The notes under the pieces were generated by a model that was given only the letters and a program-made list of their open reading frames with translations, was not told where the DNA came from and ran no database searches. Position numbers and translations under genes: made by a program. Shown here in pieces: positions 27,337 to 36,867 of a DNA stretch of 51,358 bases. This stretch comes from Spirulina sp. GTDB taxonomy: Bacteria > Cyanobacteriota > Cyanobacteriia > Phormidesmidales > Phormidesmidaceae. Numbering within the stretch: the stretch's first letter is position 1; each line of letters opens with the position of its first letter. The stretch lies in assembly GCA_044070495.1 (NCBI GenBank), contig JBIPSI010000035.1:1-51358 (forward strand), in the 5' to 3' direction.

Positions 27337-29370
27337 CTATCTCACGCTGGCCCGCACCAGGCGTACCGCCTCCTCCGCATCCACTAGGCCGCTGCCAAAG
27401 AAATACTGAAGCTCGTTTTCAGCGGGGGGGGTGGCGCTTTGATCGCGCAAGACTCTGTATAGCTCTTGCTCATCAGGGGCCAAGCTTAGAGGGCTGTGGC
27501 TAGAGGCCGCTTCCAATAGGGCAATGATGCGATCGCGGTTCAAGCGCCGCTCTGGATCAGCACTCAGCATCAACGCTACCACCCCTGCCACCGCTGGCGA
27601 CGCAAAGGATGTGCCCTGGGTCCACACGTAGTGGCCCCTGGGGTCTTGGGCCGGTGACCAGGGTTGATCTGGGATGGCGATGCCCTGCCAAAACTGGTCG
27701 TTACCCGTGCCACTGGTGGTTAGAATGCCGCCTTCTAACCCAGATTGCATATCGCCACCGGGGGCCACCAGCGTTAGCCCAGGGCCAAAGCTGCTGTAGG
27801 GGGCGCGGGTGCCCTGGAGGGTGGTGGCTCCCACCGAAACTACGTTGGGCAAGCTGGAGGGAAAATTAAGGCCAATTTCTCTCCTTCCATTATTGCCAGA
27901 GGAGGCGACAACAACCAGTCTGGGGTTGGCAGACAAGACTTCCTGGATGGCGTCTGAAACCTCTGTCGTTGGAGGCATTCTCCAGCTCAGGTTAATGACA
28001 TCAGCGCCCCGGGCGGCGGCATAGCCGATTGCTTCTATGCTGGCATCAACCAACGGCCCACTGGAGATAGTGCCTGTCCGCGCAGGCAAAATTTTGACCG
28101 CAGGGGCAACTCCTGTAGACCCCATTCCTTGGGCTGTGCTTGCACCAATGACACCGGCTACCGTAGTGCCATGAAACTCACCACCTGCAATTGCAGAGCG
28201 AATCTCTGCACGGATATGCTCTGCAATTTGCCTATCTGAACGGCGAGGGTTGTCCCGCTTTATCCTTCTCGCCATTGCATCATGCTGGCGTAGCAATTCA
28301 GTGTCAGAGAGGGTAAACGCACTCTGAAAAAGTGGACGCAGTAGGGAGAGTTCGGTGGCCTCTATCCGAGTATCTGGGTCGTTTTCTACAAAGTCCCAGC
28401 CACGTGATTCGCCGGGTAAACCCGCTGTGCCAGGTGAAAGTTCATAGGTATTGTTCACTAATTCGGGATGATCCCACTGGGTGAAGGTATCCAGCACCGC
28501 TACGGTAATGCCGTTACCACGACTGCCCAATGCCCAGGCCGCAGGGGCCTTGACGCCTGTGTTGCTACGGCCAGGGGCGATGGATGTGCTATCCAGATGC
28601 CAGGCCAGGGCCGCTAAATTATCGGCGGCAGAGCGAGAACGAGAACCAGCAACTGAGGCTGATAACTCACTGCCCATGGGCTCTCCGGGTGATCGCACTG
28701 GAATAAAGTTAGGCGTGGCCGATCGCACCCCGGCAGTTTGGTTGAGTTGTTCGGCGGCAATAAGGACGGCGGTTTCGTGGTCGAGGTTACTCACGCGGGC
28801 CAACACTCGGTTTTCGGTAAACCGCAGCGGGCGAATCAGTGCTAAGCCCTGGGCGGCTAAAATCTGTTGCTGCTCGGCCTCGGTGGTATTGGCTGCAAAA
28901 CTGACAATAATTTCGTTGGGTAGCAAGATCTGCTCGTCCTGGTCGGCCCGGTTGACGACTGCCAGGGTGGTCTCAACGTAGGGTAACTGGAGGCGAGGGC
29001 GCAGTGCCCCCAGGCCAGAGCGGCTACCGGCAGGCAGCGTGGCGATCGCGTACCGAGTGCCCACGGGTTGCACGGTGACGACATCGCCCCCCCGGCTAGG
29101 GGCAGCATTGAGGTCATTTTGCAACTGCTGATAGAGGGGGGTGGGGCTGGCCGAGCGACTGGGAGGCCGATCTTGAAAGGCAACGGCGATCGCAGTGTTT
29201 TGCACGACCAGGGGAACGGGTTCGCCGTTGAAGCGGTAGAAAAGGTCGGCGGGGTCGGCCTGAGCCAATGTTGGAATGGGGCGAAAGACGGCTAAGGCCA
29301 GGCCGAGGCTAAAGCCAATCGCCAGCAATAGCACCCTGAATAGGGGCCTGGGGGAAATAGGGGGCATCAT
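27337..29370 (-). CDS. Secreted S8 subtilase with prodomain (paralog of 21294-23453)
   Basis: Start MMPPISPRP then signal peptide; triad VLDT / FHGTTV / GTSFASP. Confidence 0.92.
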   Translation of the reverse strand: MMPPISPRPLFRVLLLAIGFSLGLALAVFRPIPTLAQADPADLFYRFNGEPVPLVVQNTAIAVAFQDRPPSRSASPTPLYQQLQNDLNAAPSRGGDVVTVQPVGTRYAIATLPAGSRSGLGALRPRLQLPYVETTLAVVNRADQDEQILLPNEIIVSFAANTTEAEQQQILAAQGLALIRPLRFTENRVLARVSNLDHETAVLIAAEQLNQTAGVRSATPNFIPVRSPGEPMGSELSASVAGSRSRSAADNLAALAWHLDSTSIAPGRSNTGVKAPAAWALGSRGNGITVAVLDTFTQWDHPELVNNTYELSPGTAGLPGESRGWDFVENDPDTRIEATELSLLRPLFQSAFTLSDTELLRQHDAMARRIKRDNPRRSDRQIAEHIRAEIRSAIAGGEFHGTTVAGVIGASTAQGMGSTGVAPAVKILPARTGTISSGPLVDASIEAIGYAAARGADVINLSWRMPPTTEVSDAIQEVLSANPRLVVVASSGNNGRREIGLNFPSSLPNVVSVGATTLQGTRAPYSSFGPGLTLVAPGGDMQSGLEGGILTTSGTGNDQFWQGIAIPDQPWSPAQDPRGHYVWTQGTSFASPAVAGVVALMLSADPERRLNRDRIIALLEAASSHSPLSLAPDEQELYRVLRDQSATPPAENELQYFFGSGLVDAEEAVRLVRASVR

Positions 29371-29458
29371 GGTAAATTTTCGGGGGGATGGGATGCGGGT
29401 TGAGTAAATTTTGCCCCATGGTAGACCGCACGGTAAATAAAGACTTTCTGGGCAGGGC

Positions 29459-29485
29459 TGAATAAGTTTGATGTAGCCAGGAATA
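29459..29485 (+). promoter_or_regulatory. Island promoter motif copy (TGAATAAG-N11-CAGGAATA)
   Basis: 77 nt upstream of ATG 29536. Confidence 0.7.
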
Positions 29486-29535
29486 TATAGAGAATGAAGC
29501 ATCCCGGTGCCACACTCTATAAAGGCTAGGCCGCT

Positions 29536-32500
29536 ATGAAGTCGTTACCACCACACATCCGCAGGTTGGTTTGGGTCATGCAGAAGGGTCGGCCTAGCCG
29601 TCTGGTAAGTCTGGCGCTGCTGGCGGCGCTGTTGGTGGGCCAAAGCCCTAGGGCTTGGTCGCAGCCCCCGGCCCAGGGTGAGGCGATGAGGGTAGCCCAG
29701 GCGGTTCCAGAGTTTGAGCCGTTGACGATTACGGGGGTTCTGGATGAAAACAGCCTGGTTGAGGATGGACTCTTTTTCAATATTCATACGTTTGAAGGCA
29801 TAGCGGGGCAAATTGTTGTCATAGATATGACTAGCGATGAAGTTGATGCATGGTTAGGGTTACGAACCCCCGCTGGTGAAATAATTGCTACCGATGAGAA
29901 TAGTGGCAAGGGTACCAATGCTCGTCTCGCGCTGCGCTTATCGGACACAGGGACGTACCAGGTTGCTGCCTTCTCGTTTGCCTCTGGTGAAATGGGGCGG
30001 TACCAATTGACTGTGCAGCCAGGAACAACGGCTGATGTAGATCGGGCCGAACTCCTCGCCGAGGCAACCCTTCTCAATACCCAAGGTATTGAACTGTATC
30101 AGGAAGGCCGCTATGGGGAAGCTGAACCCCTCTACCAGGAGTCGTTGGTTATTCGCCGGGAGCAGTTAGGCAACCGCCATCCCGATGTCGCCACCGGCCT
30201 CAACAACCTGGCCTCGCTATATCACGCCCAAGGGCGATACGGGGAGGCCGAATCCCTTGCCCAAGAAGCACTATCAATTCATCGTGAGCAGTTGGGCGAA
30301 AGCCACCCCAGTGTCGCCACCAGCCTCAACAACTTGGCCTCGCTATATCACGCCCAAGGGCGATACAGGGAGGCCGAACTCCTCTTCCAAGAGTCGCTGA
30401 CTATTGTTCACGAGCAGTTAGGCGACCGCCACCCCAACATCGCCAGCAGCCTCAATAATCTGGCCCTGTTGTATCGAGCCCAGGGGCGTTATGGGGAGGC
30501 CGAACCCCTCTTCCAGAAGTCGCTAGAGATTTGGCGCGAGCAGTTAGGCGACCGCCATCCCCATGTCGCCACCAGCCTCAATAATCTGACCCTGCTGTAC
30601 CAAGCCCAGGGGCGCTATGGGGAGGCCGAATCCCTTGCCCAAGAAGCACTATCAATTCGTCGCGAGCAGTTGGGCGATCGCCATCCCCATGTCGCCACCA
30701 GCTTAATCAGCTTGGCTTCGCTGTACCAAGCCCAGGGGCGTTATGGGGAGGCCGAATCCCTTGCCCAAGAAGCACTATCAATTCGTCGCGAGCAGTTGGG
30801 TGATCGCCACCCCTATGTCGCCAACAGCCTCAACAACTTGGCCACACTGTACCAATACCAAGGGCGCTACGGAGAGGCCGAATCCCTTGCCCAAGAGTCG
30901 CTATCAATTCGTCGCGGCCACCCCGATGTCGCTTTCGACCTTAATAACTTGGCCTTGCTATACGTGGCGCAAGGGCGCTATGGGGAAGCCGAACCCCTCT
31001 TCCAAGAGTCGCTATCAATTTGGCGCGAGCAGTTGGGCGACCGCCATCCCCATGTCGCCAACAGCCTCAAAAACTTAGCTGGTTTTTACCACGATCAAAG
31101 CAATATTGAGCGAGCGCTCACCTACTTCCAGCAGGGGCTAGCCATCGAAGAAACCAACCTCAGCCTCAACCTGGCCATTGGCTCCGACGATCGCAAACGC
31201 GCCTACATCGCCACCATCTCTAATACCACAGATGCTGCTATTTCCTTGCACCTGCAAAGTGCCGCAACCAACCCAACCGCTGCCCGTCTAGCCCTCACCA
31301 CCGTACTCCGTCGCAAGGGCCGCGTCCTCGATGCCGTCACCGACACCCAGCAACTCCTGCGCCAAAACCTCAGTGCCGACCTTGCGCCCCTGCTGGATGA
31401 ATTCACTGCTGTGCAAACCCAGCTTGCCGCGCAACTCTACGCTGGCCTGGACGACCAAGATCCAGAGGTGTACCGCACCCGTATCGACGACCTCCGCCAG
31501 GAAGTGAACCGCCTAGAGAATGAACTATCCCGCCTTAGTGCCGCCTTCCGGGTCGAAACCGAGCCCGTGGAAATCGAGTCCGTCCAGGCACTTATACCCG
31601 CCGATGCCGCCCTGGTGGAACTGGTGCAGTATCGTCCCTTCAACCCCGCTGCCAGCCAAGCCGAGCGCTGGGGCCAACCGCGCTACGCCGCCTACATTCT
31701 GCACCGTTCCGGCGATCCCAAATGGGTCGATCTCGGTGATGCCGAAGCCATCGACACCGCCGCCCGTGCCTTCCTCGCCGCCACCCGCCGCCCCAACGAC
31801 ATTACCCAGGCCCGCACCACCGCCCGTGCCCTCGACGAATTAGTCATGGCCCCCATCCGCCCCCTCCTCAGCGAGGCCACCCACCTGCTGCTCTCCCCCG
31901 ACAGCCAGCTCAACCTCATCCCCTTCGCCGCTCTAGTGGATGAGCAAAACCGCTACCTAGTCGAAACCTACACCCTCACCCACCTCACCACCGGACGCGA
32001 CCTACTGCGCCTGCAAAACACCGCCCCCAGCCAACAGCCCCCCATCCTCTTCGCCAACCCCAACTACGACACCGCTTCTATCTCCAACTCCCCTCTCCCC
32101 ATGGGAGAGGGGCCGGGGGTGAGGGCCAATCCAGGCTCAGCCGAGAGAGCCACCCAACGCTCCACCGACATATCCAACCTACGCTTTGGCCCCCTACCCG
32201 GCACCCAGAAAGAAATCGATGCCATCGCCCCCCTGCTGCCCAACAACGCCATCATCCTCACCGAAGTCACCGCCACCGAAAACGCCCTCAAGCAGGTGCA
32301 AGCCCCCAGCATTCTGCACATCGCCACCCACGGATTTTTCCTCGAAGATGTGGACTTTGTGCCGCCCCCGTCCACCCGTGGCGACCGGGCCACTGGATTT
32401 CTAGAACCCACGGGCCTAGTTGCGCCCCCCACCCGCCCCGTCAACAACGAAAATCCCCTGCTGCGCTCTGGGCTGGCCCTAGCGGGGTTCAACAGCCGCA

Positions 32501-32877
32501 CCAGTGCCGGGGAAGACGGCGTCCTCACCGCCCTGGAGGCCACCGGGCTAAACCTGCGCGGCACCCGCCTAGTGGTGATGAGCGCCTGCGAAACCGGGGT
32601 AGGCCAGGTGGCCAATGGCGAAGGGGTCTATGGCTTGCGGCGGGCCTTTGTGATGGCCGGGGCCGAAAGCCAGCTCATGAGCCTGTGGAAAGTGGACGAC
32701 TTGGGCACCGCCGAACTGATGCAGCGCTACTACCAGCGATTGCAAAACGGCGAGGGTCGCAGCGAGTCCCTACGCCAGGTGCAGCTTGAATTTATGGCCA
32801 ATCCCACCTATCAGCACCCCTACTACTGGGCCTCGTTTATGTTCTCCGGCCAATGGAGCCTGATGACGGATCGCTAA
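29536..32877 (+). CDS. Secreted PPC-TPR(42-aa)-CHAT protease (close paralog of 17753-21235)
   Basis: Same architecture, ~8 TPRs, HIATHG/MSACET. Confidence 0.92.
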   Translation: MKSLPPHIRRLVWVMQKGRPSRLVSLALLAALLVGQSPRAWSQPPAQGEAMRVAQAVPEFEPLTITGVLDENSLVEDGLFFNIHTFEGIAGQIVVIDMTSDEVDAWLGLRTPAGEIIATDENSGKGTNARLALRLSDTGTYQVAAFSFASGEMGRYQLTVQPGTTADVDRAELLAEATLLNTQGIELYQEGRYGEAEPLYQESLVIRREQLGNRHPDVATGLNNLASLYHAQGRYGEAESLAQEALSIHREQLGESHPSVATSLNNLASLYHAQGRYREAELLFQESLTIVHEQLGDRHPNIASSLNNLALLYRAQGRYGEAEPLFQKSLEIWREQLGDRHPHVATSLNNLTLLYQAQGRYGEAESLAQEALSIRREQLGDRHPHVATSLISLASLYQAQGRYGEAESLAQEALSIRREQLGDRHPYVANSLNNLATLYQYQGRYGEAESLAQESLSIRRGHPDVAFDLNNLALLYVAQGRYGEAEPLFQESLSIWREQLGDRHPHVANSLKNLAGFYHDQSNIERALTYFQQGLAIEETNLSLNLAIGSDDRKRAYIATISNTTDAAISLHLQSAATNPTAARLALTTVLRRKGRVLDAVTDTQQLLRQNLSADLAPLLDEFTAVQTQLAAQLYAGLDDQDPEVYRTRIDDLRQEVNRLENELSRLSAAFRVETEPVEIESVQALIPADAALVELVQYRPFNPAASQAERWGQPRYAAYILHRSGDPKWVDLGDAEAIDTAARAFLAATRRPNDITQARTTARALDELVMAPIRPLLSEATHLLLSPDSQLNLIPFAALVDEQNRYLVETYTLTHLTTGRDLLRLQNTAPSQQPPILFANPNYDTASISNSPLPMGEGPGVRANPGSAERATQRSTDISNLRFGPLPGTQKEIDAIAPLLPNNAIILTEVTATENALKQVQAPSILHIATHGFFLEDVDFVPPPSTRGDRATGFLEPTGLVAPPTRPVNNENPLLRSGLALAGFNSRTSAGEDGVLTALEATGLNLRGTRLVVMSACETGVGQVANGEGVYGLRRAFVMAGAESQLMSLWKVDDLGTAELMQRYYQRLQNGEGRSESLRQVQLEFMANPTYQHPYYWASFMFSGQWSLMTDR

Positions 32878-32960
32878 CTGAACCCGATCCACTCCTCTCA
32901 GACGGAGCAATTAAGCATCTCTCCCCATCTCCCTATCCCCTCATCTCCCAGTTCATCCCC

Positions 32961-35360
32961 ATGCCCTACCGTCTCACGATTCACAAAATCGACCAAAGCT
33001 GCCTGTTTGACCTCACCTGGGGCCAAGGGCAGCGGTTAACCGTGACGGTGCCGTTTCCTCCGGCGCTGTTGGGGTTGTATGGCGCTTGGCAGCGGGCCTA
33101 CCTGGGCTACTACAAGCACGGCATGAGGGGCCGAGGGGGGGTGGCGGGCCAGGTGGCGATGGTGGAGGTAGACTGGCACAGCCAGCTTAAGCAGGCCGAG
33201 GCGCGGCTGCTGTCGGAGTTCCACACCTGGCTGAAGGACGGCAAGCTTTACGATTTGCGGGCTGAACTGGCGGCGGCGTCCCAAACGGCGGAGCGCAACG
33301 GCACCATCCTAGAACTCTTCATTGCCTGCGACCCGATAGACATTGCCCGTCTGCCCTGGGAAACCTGGGAACTAGGCCAGCAGGTGCAGATTGTGCGTTC
33401 ACCGCCGAATATTCGGGCGACGACGGTGAATCGCCAGTCCTTTCGGCGGGGCAAGGCTAGGGTGTTGGCTATCTTGGGCGACGAAACCGGGCTGAACTTT
33501 ACGGGCGAACGCCACGCCCTGAATGCCCAAACTCGGCTGCTAGAGATTCACTACCTGGGCTGGCAGCCGGGGGAAGATACCCAGGAACTCAAGCAGCGCA
33601 TTAGCCGCACCATCGCCGATCCTCGCGGCTGGGATGTGCTATTTTTTGCCGGACACAGCAACGAATCGGCTCTGCTGGATGGCCAGGTGGCGATCGCGCC
33701 CAATACCGCCCTTTCCATCAAAGAATTGGCCCCCGCCTTGCAAGAGGCCCAGCGCCACGGGCTTCAGTTTGCCCTGTTTAACTCGTGCAGCGGGCTCGAT
33801 ATTGCCCAGGCATTGATTAGTCTGGGCCTCAGCCAGGTGGCGATTATGCGGGAGCCGATCCATAACCAGGTGGCCCAAACCTTTTTGGTGCAGTTGTTGC
33901 AGCACCTCACCCAGTTCGACAATGTGCAGGAGGCCCTGCGTCAGGCCAGCGACTACCTCAAGGTAAAGCAGGAACTCACCTATCCCTCGGCCTACCTGGT
34001 GCCGTCGCTGTTTCGCCATCCCGACTCGGTGCCCTACCGGATTCAACCCGTGGGCTGGCGTGCCCTGGCCCGTCGCTGGAAGCCGACCGCCTATGAAGCT
34101 GTCACCGTCGGTGCGCTGTGCCTGCTGAGTCTGGTGCCCTCGGTGCAGGATTGGCTGCTGGATCAGCGGGTCTTGGCCCAGGCGATGTACCGAGATCGGA
34201 CGGGGCAAGTGGCGACCGACTCCCCCCCGCCCATTTTGCTGGTGCAGATCGACCCCGACACCTTTACCCGCCTCGGCATCGACAACCCCAGGCCCATCAA
34301 CCGCGCCCTGTTGGCCGACCTCATCACCGAGCTGAGTGATCGTCAGGCCGCTGTGATCGGGCTAGACTACCTGCTTGACTTACCTCAGCCCGACCACGAC
34401 GCGGCCCTCAACCAAGCCCTGAGCCAAGCGATTGACCAAAACCAAACCTGGCCCGTGTTGATCAGCAGCCGCAACCGCGACTTTTCTTGGACAACCCCCT
34501 ACTCCACCGTGATCAACCCCGACCGCATTTTGCAGGGCAACGCCTTTCTTCCCTTTCGCCATGTGCTGCCCCGCGAGGCCCATCCCGAGGCCAAGACCCC
34601 CTTCAGCTATCAGTTGGCCACCGCCTGGAGGCTGCACCAACGGGCCATGCAAGGCGAACCCAATGTGCCCCGGCCCAGCCTGAGCGGCCCTGCCCTCGAA
34701 ACCCAAGTTCAGGCTTACCAGCGCGACACTGCTCTGGGCCTATCGCCCTGGGCCGAGGTGCATCCCCTCACCTATCTCTCGACTCGCTGGGGCCAACACT
34801 GGCTGCAACCGCTGATCGACTTTTCGATTCCGCCCGACCAGGTCTACCGCACCGTGCCCGCTTGGCAGCTCTTGGAAGACCCCGAAACGGCCCTATTGCC
34901 TCTCTCCCGCCTCGACAACACCCTGGTGATGATTGTGCCGGGGTACTACGATGCCGCAGGTATTGGCCGCGAGGGCGACGACAACTTTCCTCAGCCCCCC
35001 GCCATTGGCTACTGGCGCGACCGCACCGGACAACGCCTGCTAGACTTCACCGGCGGCGAAACCCACGCCTACATCACCCACCACCTCATCCACAATCGTC
35101 TGGTGATTCCCATCCCCGACCTGTGGCTGGTGCTGACGGCGGCGGCCATCGGCAAAGCGCTGACCCTGTACCTCCGCCAACGCTCCCCCCGTCGGACGAC
35201 CTTGGCGGCCTGTTTAGCAGCGGCCACCGTGGGCTATGGGGTACTCGCGTTGCAGGTGTATCTTTCGGCGGCGGTGCTGCTGCCCTGGCTGCTGCCCTCG
35301 CTCACCCTGTGGCTTTATAGTTTACCCAAGCTCAAGGAGGCTTCCTATGAACCAGGTTAG
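32961..35360 (+). CDS. Membrane CHAT-CHASE2 sensor protease
   Basis: N-terminal CHAT (LPWETW, FFAGHS, FNSCSG), TM segment, CHASE2-like (ILLVQID..RALLADLI..VIGLDYLLD..GGETHAY), three C-terminal hydrophobic helices; start MPYRLTIHKI inferred. Confidence 0.88.
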   Translation: MPYRLTIHKIDQSCLFDLTWGQGQRLTVTVPFPPALLGLYGAWQRAYLGYYKHGMRGRGGVAGQVAMVEVDWHSQLKQAEARLLSEFHTWLKDGKLYDLRAELAAASQTAERNGTILELFIACDPIDIARLPWETWELGQQVQIVRSPPNIRATTVNRQSFRRGKARVLAILGDETGLNFTGERHALNAQTRLLEIHYLGWQPGEDTQELKQRISRTIADPRGWDVLFFAGHSNESALLDGQVAIAPNTALSIKELAPALQEAQRHGLQFALFNSCSGLDIAQALISLGLSQVAIMREPIHNQVAQTFLVQLLQHLTQFDNVQEALRQASDYLKVKQELTYPSAYLVPSLFRHPDSVPYRIQPVGWRALARRWKPTAYEAVTVGALCLLSLVPSVQDWLLDQRVLAQAMYRDRTGQVATDSPPPILLVQIDPDTFTRLGIDNPRPINRALLADLITELSDRQAAVIGLDYLLDLPQPDHDAALNQALSQAIDQNQTWPVLISSRNRDFSWTTPYSTVINPDRILQGNAFLPFRHVLPREAHPEAKTPFSYQLATAWRLHQRAMQGEPNVPRPSLSGPALETQVQAYQRDTALGLSPWAEVHPLTYLSTRWGQHWLQPLIDFSIPPDQVYRTVPAWQLLEDPETALLPLSRLDNTLVMIVPGYYDAAGIGREGDDNFPQPPAIGYWRDRTGQRLLDFTGGETHAYITHHLIHNRLVIPIPDLWLVLTAAAIGKALTLYLRQRSPRRTTLAACLAAATVGYGVLALQVYLSAAVLLPWLLPSLTLWLYSLPKLKEASYEPG

Positions 35361-36120
35361 ATGGATGACAGCGGCAATTGGTAGTGTAGCGGTGGTAGCG
35401 ACCCTGTCCTTATTCACCCCCATATCCGCCGAAACTCGCGGCCCTTGGCTAAGCTGGGGTCGCCTGCGCACCTTGGTTGGCGGTGGCCCCCTGCAAGACA
35501 CTAACCGAGGCCGAGACGGTGGCTCGCGGGGCAGTGGTGTTTGCCTCATTGCCCCCGGCAATGGCGAGGTGGTTTGGACGGTGGAACCGCTGCTCGTCCT
35601 CCAGGGCGACCTCAAACGTGCGGCCCTTTATGTGGTGGATAACGACGGCACTGACGACGCAAGGTTGATTGATAACCAAGGGACGGATCATGAAGGGGCC
35701 GATTCCGTAGAACCCTTCTGGACAGCCTCCCTTTCCCCGGATACAACCTTGGTGTCCATCCAGCCCTACGATGGCGACCCCCTAGAACCCGGCACCACCT
35801 ATGCCCAGCAAATCGAGGGGTTTGCCATCGATGGCAGTGTGGTCTCCAGCCGTCGCTTCCCGTTCCAGATTATGCCGGAGGGAGAAGAGCGAGACCAAAT
35901 TGCCACCGATTTGGCGCACCTCGAAGCGGATCTAGCCCATGACGATCTGGATGCAGAAACCATTGCCCTAGCCAAAGCCGAGTTCTTTTTTGAACGCAAC
36001 CTCAACGCCGATGCCCTGGGCCTGGTGTTTTCGGTAGAGGAGCCTTCCGATGCCTTGGCAGAGACCCGGCAAGCCCTAGTAGAGGCCATTTGCAGCCAAG
36101 ACCTTTTTAGGGATGAGTAG
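35347..36120 (+). CDS. DUF928-like secreted protein
   Basis: AAGGAGG RBS, overlaps the CHASE2 stop; signal peptide; RDGGSRGSGVC motif. Confidence 0.75.
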   Translation: MNQVRWMTAAIGSVAVVATLSLFTPISAETRGPWLSWGRLRTLVGGGPLQDTNRGRDGGSRGSGVCLIAPGNGEVVWTVEPLLVLQGDLKRAALYVVDNDGTDDARLIDNQGTDHEGADSVEPFWTASLSPDTTLVSIQPYDGDPLEPGTTYAQQIEGFAIDGSVVSSRRFPFQIMPEGEERDQIATDLAHLEADLAHDDLDAETIALAKAEFFFERNLNADALGLVFSVEEPSDALAETRQALVEAICSQDLFRDE

Positions 36121-36189
36121 TCCCTGGGATGAATGATCTCTGGGATGAATGATCTCTGGGATGGGTAGTCCCTGGGATGAAACGTCTCT
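36110..36189. repeat. Five tandem 16-bp repeats
   Basis: gggatgagtagtccct / gggatgaatgatctct x2 / gggatgggtagtccct / gggatgaaacgtctct. Confidence 0.85.
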
Positions 36190-36193
36190 GGAA

Positions 36194-36220
36194 TGAATAA
36201 GTGGCGAGGGGTCAGAAGTA
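36194..36220 (+). promoter_or_regulatory. Island promoter motif copy (TGAATAAG-N11-CAGAAGTA)
   Basis: 72 nt upstream of ATG 36266. Confidence 0.65.
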
Positions 36221-36265
36221 CGTTCCTACGACAGCAAGCAAGCCCCTTCGTAAGGACTGACCCCC

Positions 36266-36724
36266 ATGCAACGTCTCAGCACTATCGGACTCTTTCTGGC
36301 TACCCTGGTGATTTCGACCGCTACGCCGTTGTCGGTGCGCTATACCTCCCAAAGTGCGCCGACGCTGACCCTAAGTCGGGCGGTGGCCTCTGCGCCGCTG
36401 TTGCAGGTGCAAGATCGCCTTGGCCCCCACAAGCAAGTGGTGGAGTTTGACCAAGGCAACCGTTTTGCCTCCACCCATGCCTTTAATGGCACCGCCGGAC
36501 AATCGGTGAGCATCACCCTCGACAGCAACGACTTCGACCCGATGTTAATTCTGATTAATGCCAAGGGCGAATCCATTGCTTCCAACGACGACATCAGCGC
36601 CACCAACACCAACTCCCGCATCGATATCACCCTCCCCTCCAGCGAGCGCTACCTGCTGCTGGTCACCTCCTTCGAGTTTGAGGGCCAGGGGGATTATCGT
36701 TTGGCGGTGGTGCCCCAGGAGTAG
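36266..36724 (+). CDS. Secreted stand-alone PPC-like domain protein
   Basis: Signal peptide; FNGTAGQSVSITLDSNDFDP..ASNDD..NSRI matches the PPC-like domains of the CHAT genes. Confidence 0.85.
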   Translation: MQRLSTIGLFLATLVISTATPLSVRYTSQSAPTLTLSRAVASAPLLQVQDRLGPHKQVVEFDQGNRFASTHAFNGTAGQSVSITLDSNDFDPMLILINAKGESIASNDDISATNTNSRIDITLPSSERYLLLVTSFEFEGQGDYRLAVVPQE

Positions 36725-36804
36725 ACCCGCAACCCCAGGCCAACCCGTGAATCTGGATGCAATCGAGTAGGCCACTATTGCCCTATCGATAGTTTTCCTA
36801 ACGC

Positions 36805-36831
36805 TAAATCGGTGGCCTGGGGTGAGACTTA
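36805..36831 (+). promoter_or_regulatory. Degenerate island promoter motif copy (TAAATCGG-N11-GAGACTTA)
   Basis: 63 nt upstream of ATG 36868, at the homologous position in the shared leader. Confidence 0.45.
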
Positions 36832-36867
36832 TATGGTGATGTCACCCCTAGATGGATTATTGCCCCC

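Noticed and set aside
32853..32960. ORF-track starts at 32853, 35236, 16518, 41941, 44629, 14636, 14783 and 29502
   Set aside because: They overlap upstream genes or promoter motifs; downstream ATGs give proper leaders, an RBS or paralog-matching starts
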